The notes under the pieces are model-generated. The model was not told the origin of the DNA. It saw only the letters and a list, made by a program, of their open reading frames with translations, and made no database searches. Position numbers and translations under genes: made by a program. 64,000 nucleotides of DNA, from the NCBI GenBank assembly GCA_002633005.1, contig NMRA01000195.1:65951-129950 (forward strand). Reading direction: 5' to 3'. Within the stretch, counting starts at the first letter, position 1, and the number at the start of each line of letters is the position of its first letter. The DNA is from Phoronis australis. Lineage: Eukaryota > Animalia > Phoronida. This document shows positions 63,317 to 64,000 of this stretch, piece after piece.

Positions 63317-64000
63317 CCGGTCTATAGTATTAAGATGTCTATGTACCGGTATTTTTTAGACGCGCATTAATACACAAATCGTCAGAGGTCTTAGCGGCTT
63401 CGTCAGGAAATTGTGTGTTTATACCATGCAACGTAGCAGCAATAACAAACTAACCGCTAATCGGAAAATTGACATCCAAACAACGAATTATCAGACATAG
63501 CCTTCTGCTACTTGTACTTTTGGACCCTACTTTTATTTGAATATTGAACAGGCGTAGCACAGTCTCCTGACCCCAACAGAGACGGTTAATCTCCTATGGC
63601 TGCTTCATACGCTTCATACGCTAGACGCATTTTGGCGAATTACGAATACTACCGGTTAAAACCTCAAAGTCACGTTGTTACAATAGTCTTTGGGTATAAA
63701 AAGACACCTTGGGAGGCCATCATTATCTGTAAATCCTTCCAGCTATAGCAAATACTCCAGTAATCAAACTTTTTCTTCGAGTAGTCCTTCCTGACCATTT
63801 GCACACCGCGCATGCTCTTGATATTAGGTTACCGCGAGTAGCTCGCCCAGTGTCAAAAATGACCAGTTGCCATTTTGGGCAACTGAACGAAGGACTGCTC
63901 GAATAAATAGTTTGATTATGGAAGTTTTTGTTTCAGCCTGCTCAGGTGTCCCGAGGCTATGTAAAAGTAGACCTACTTATAACAACGAGTCTGTTTTTGT

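Overview
AT-rich, transposon-dense animal (invertebrate-like) genomic DNA with one assembly gap (6771-7534). The left 38 kb carries a minus-strand tandem array of major facilitator superfamily (MFSD4/'sodium-dependent glucose transporter 1'-like) genes. Two are intact 4-exon genes with identical exon 2/3 lengths and intron phases (gene A 38065-31783, about 538 aa; gene B 30291-13599, about 504 aa); the third is a deleted, frameshifted pseudogene copy of gene A (about 1915-3887). The rest is a layered set of mostly non-autonomous mobile elements. These include three families of TTAA-flanked Kolobok-like elements (one keeps convergent THAP and KolX-like gene stubs), an internally deleted L1/Tx1-type LINE, Helentron/HINE-like elements, two CACTA/EnSpm-like elements, and two inverted copies of a 1.75 kb CATG-terminated element. 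The most unusual item is a miniature LTR element whose LTRs contain a tRNA-like Pol III module (54813-57116). No CRISPR, rRNA or bona fide tRNA gene is seen. Family names come from motifs recognised by eye, not from database searches.
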